Origin: Antedon mediterranea
Taxonomy: Eukaryota; Animalia; Echinodermata
NCBI RefSeq assembly: GCF_964355755.1
Contig: NC_092678.1
Coordinates: 22,089,365-22,153,364 of the forward strand
Direction of reading: 5' to 3'
DNA length: 64,000 nucleotides
The notes beneath the pieces were generated by a model. The model saw nothing but the letters and a program-made list of their open reading frames with translations, made no database searches and was not told where the DNA came from. The translations under genes were made by a program, and so were the position numbers. This document shows, one piece after another, positions 61,153 through 64,000 of the stretch; position 1 is the first letter of the stretch, and the number at the start of each line of letters is the position of its first letter.

Positions 61153-62091
61153 ACATAACATACACGTAACGCATACATACACTATTCGCAAAACATTCAA
61201 AACTAGGCCTCTATGTTTTGCTTCAATGAAGGTATTATAATCATTGAATGATGACGTCATTTATATCTGAATTCGTACAATTGACTAGCAATAATTGTTT
61301 TGTCTGCGTACTTTGTTACTGTAAATTGGAATAATAATTTACCACAGACAACTCCTTGTGAAAACGTCCTTGCAGTCGAATAAATTTGATTGAATTTATT
61401 TTTCTATTAAACTTGATTATGCCTAGTTTGACCATGGATTAAAGAATAGAAGGATATGCATCGACGGTGACATCAAACGATTTTAAAACGCGCTTGCCTA
61501 TACTAAAGCACTGCTGCCAATCAAACAAACACGCTCATTGAACTCCGTGTCTCTAACCGCGGCCCTCTCTAAAACGCTGCGAATCAACTGTTACATTTTT
61601 TTAGACCAAAACGTAACCATGTAGAAATCGTATGCGCAGTCTGAATGTTCTATTGACATGTCTGCGTCGATGATTAATTGACAACAAAAATATATTGCTG
61701 AATAATTCTGTTTTAGTTTCATCACAATCGGACTACGAAAAGTTCACTTTCTTACGACTGGTAATTTTAAGTAGTTGGTAATATTAATAAAATATGCAAT
61801 TTTTATATTTGAATTATCATTATTTGCCTGCCATCTTCTGTCATTAAAAATTGCGTTAATCTATAGAATATTAAATTATGCACTTGACCATGTATGTTGT
61901 TAGCGTGGCCGGTGTTCACCCATACAACAATCGTGTTTTTAATATATGGCTAAGCAGTGGTTTCTTCATAAATCTCCTTAATTATCGATGTGATTATATT
62001 TAAATTGTAGTGCCTGGTGATTGGCTAGTGGTTATGTCATCCACATCACATCCAATCACCGGGTCTAATTGAATGAAAACAGCGATTCCTG

Positions 62092-63044
62092 ATCCGGGAT
62101 GCGATTTTTTTTTTCGTACATAAGTTGGGGACCCCTCATGAAACGTCACAAAATAAACATGAATAATTCATCAGTTAAATTTGTTGTTCCGTGTGCATCC
62201 AAGCGTATAGCAACAAGAAGTGATTACACAACTGCGATACGATACTTTCTACAGTAGGCCTAGGATTTTAAGTCAATTCACGCGATTGCCTTCGCGCACT
62301 CTTCTTCACACAAAATGTGTCCAGTCGAGGCTAATCGACAGCTAGGCAAGACATTAAACGAAGTAGTAATTCATTGGACATAGCCCAAAGAAAGCTTAGA
62401 CCCACAAGAATAAAGAATGTGTATAATTTGTGTACTGTATTTTTTTAATTCTGCTATTTTATTATCAAACAATATGCATGATGTACTCAAAGGAACTTTA
62501 AAAATGCGCGTATATGAACACATGAGATGGGAAGATTTGACCCACGAGAATAAAAAATATATTTTTGTGTAATTTATTGTTTAATTTTGCTGACTTATTA
62601 CTCTGATTGTGTCATACCAAAGATAACTATCTTTGGTCATACCTAACACACACACGTCACACACACCCACAGCTACTACTAGAATAGAATAGACATGGGT
62701 TTAGAGACTAATAATTAGGCCTAATAGTATTAATAGAAACTATAATTTTAACACGTAATTCTTTAGTAATAAATTATATTAAAAACACCATAAACTAAAG
62801 GCTGATTATTTCGACAATCCACACAAAACGCCGCTATCTTCTATGAAATCGCACGCCGCAACAACAGCGGCGATAGGCCTACTAGAATAATCGTACCGCA
62901 CTCTTGTGTAATCACTTCTTGTTGCTATACGCTTGGGTGCACACGGAACAAGAAAATTTAACTGATGAATTATTCATGTTTATTTTGTGACGTTTCATGA
63001 GGGGTCCCCAACTTATGTACGAAAAAAAAAATCGCATCCGGGAT
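62092..63044. mobile_element. Foldback-type element with ~140-bp terminal inverted repeats
   Basis: 62092-62232 is the near-perfect reverse complement of 62903-63044; the interior is non-coding. Confidence 0.75.
62618..62635. mobile_element. 18-bp palindrome with 7-bp TSD (probable P-superfamily excision footprint)
   Basis: GTCATAC-CAAAGATA-AC-TATCTTTG-GTCATAC. Confidence 0.65.
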
Positions 63045-63588
63045 TGGCTGGCTATGTATAGTTGCGATTCGTTACCTAGCGGTCGTTTTGAAAAGTACAC
63101 GCAGGGCAAACTTAATCACGAACAAACGAAGTACCTATTATTATTCACACAAGAAGTAAGACAACGGTGAGTATATAGATCATGATTAGGCCTACACGTT
63201 GTATATCTACTACACTTAAGATTAAACTAGGCAGTATCAATGTCGGCAAATCATATAGTTTACTAGTAAGCCTAGAAGGCCTAGGCCTAGTATACTTGCT
63301 GATTTTGTAATTTTACATGTATGTAGGCTGAGACAACAAATAAATAGTTACTGTCTCAGATGTAGGGCTACTACAGGTCATAAAATGCTACTTTAATGTC
63401 ATAAAAACATTAGCGTAGATCAATCGCGGCAGAAACCTATACTAATTACAATTATAGCATCTACAATTCTAAGCCAATAACAATATAGTATTGTTTTTAT
63501 CTGGTATATTGATGAAGTAGGCCTACACTAGGGTCTTCACAATAACATACAATGTAATTTAATAACTGTTTTCAATAAACATTATACT

Positions 63589-63774
63589 CAGTGGCGTGAG
63601 GCAGAGGCCTGAAGCCACTTGTTTAGGAACCTAAGTGGCCCTCCAAGTTTCAAAGATCGAGGCCTCGGACGTTTTTAGCATTTTCGACATATTTTATGCC
63701 TGTTCCTCTGGGCACTGCTCATGGGCCCCAAGCTTCGGTTTAGCCAGTGAGCGCATATAGCCGTTACGCCACTG
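63589..63774. mobile_element. hAT-like MITE with perfect 8-bp TSD
   Basis: ATTATACT-CAGTGGCGTGA ... TTACGCCACTG-ATTATACT. Confidence 0.88.
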
Positions 63775-63928
63775 ATTATACTGTTCAAATATGTATGAAT
63801 ACATACAGTGCAACAAAGAACGCGCGAAAGAAGGTAGTCAACAACAAGGTTAAATGTCGTTGCACATGTGCAGTAAACAATATATTAGGCACGCGACCGT
63901 TTCGTTGTTACCATGCGGTTAATTAAAC

Positions 63929-63951
63929 CATGGAGGTATAATACCTCCATG
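63929..63951. mobile_element. 23-bp palindrome with 7-bp TSD (probable P-superfamily excision footprint)
   Basis: ATTAAAC-CATGGAGGTAT-A-ATACCTCCATG-ATTAAAC. Confidence 0.7.
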
Positions 63952-64000
63952 ATTAAACTGTAACATTGTGGGCGGTCCGCGGTCTGTCGGCGAGAGTCAA

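Noticed and set aside
61280-61790. Candidate third coding exon of the GPCR
   Set aside because: Several AG acceptors give short frames and none can be preferred without transcript data.

Overview
AT-rich, intron-rich animal genomic DNA with GT-AG introns; no prokaryotic features. The repeat and gene content suggests a marine invertebrate deuterostome, possibly an echinoderm (inference only). I reconstructed by hand a U6 snRNA gene (minus strand, 1680-1786) and four spliced plus-strand protein genes. These are NUDT18 (6 coding exons, 15841-22321), an uncharacterised ~2,630-aa type-I membrane protein (24 exons, 27634-43651), SSUH2 (12 exons, 45972-51800) and an orphan class-A GPCR (58663 to about 60919). 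The large protein is the most notable item. Its architecture is signal peptide, EMI, EGF/cbEGF/sushi array, a large unassigned region, furin-type site, 2 Ig, SEA-like, ephrin-receptor-like Cys repeats and a TM helix. The unassigned region contains two long coiled-coil segments bracketing a mirror-arranged 7+7 cysteine ladder with a hydrophobic tip, which suggests a membrane-inserting spike. The non-coding DNA holds many MITEs (Harbinger-, hAT-, Kolobok- and Tc1-like, several nested), HINE-like elements, tRNA- and Deu-type SINEs and a 5S-rRNA-derived SINE inserted in a (CAT)n tract. It also holds LINE 3' fragments, a Penelope-type hammerhead remnant, tiny palindromes with 7-bp target duplications that look like P-superfamily excision footprints, and several minisatellites that explain most of the long low-complexity ORFs. 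Exon boundaries were read manually and family assignments come from motif recognition, not database searches.
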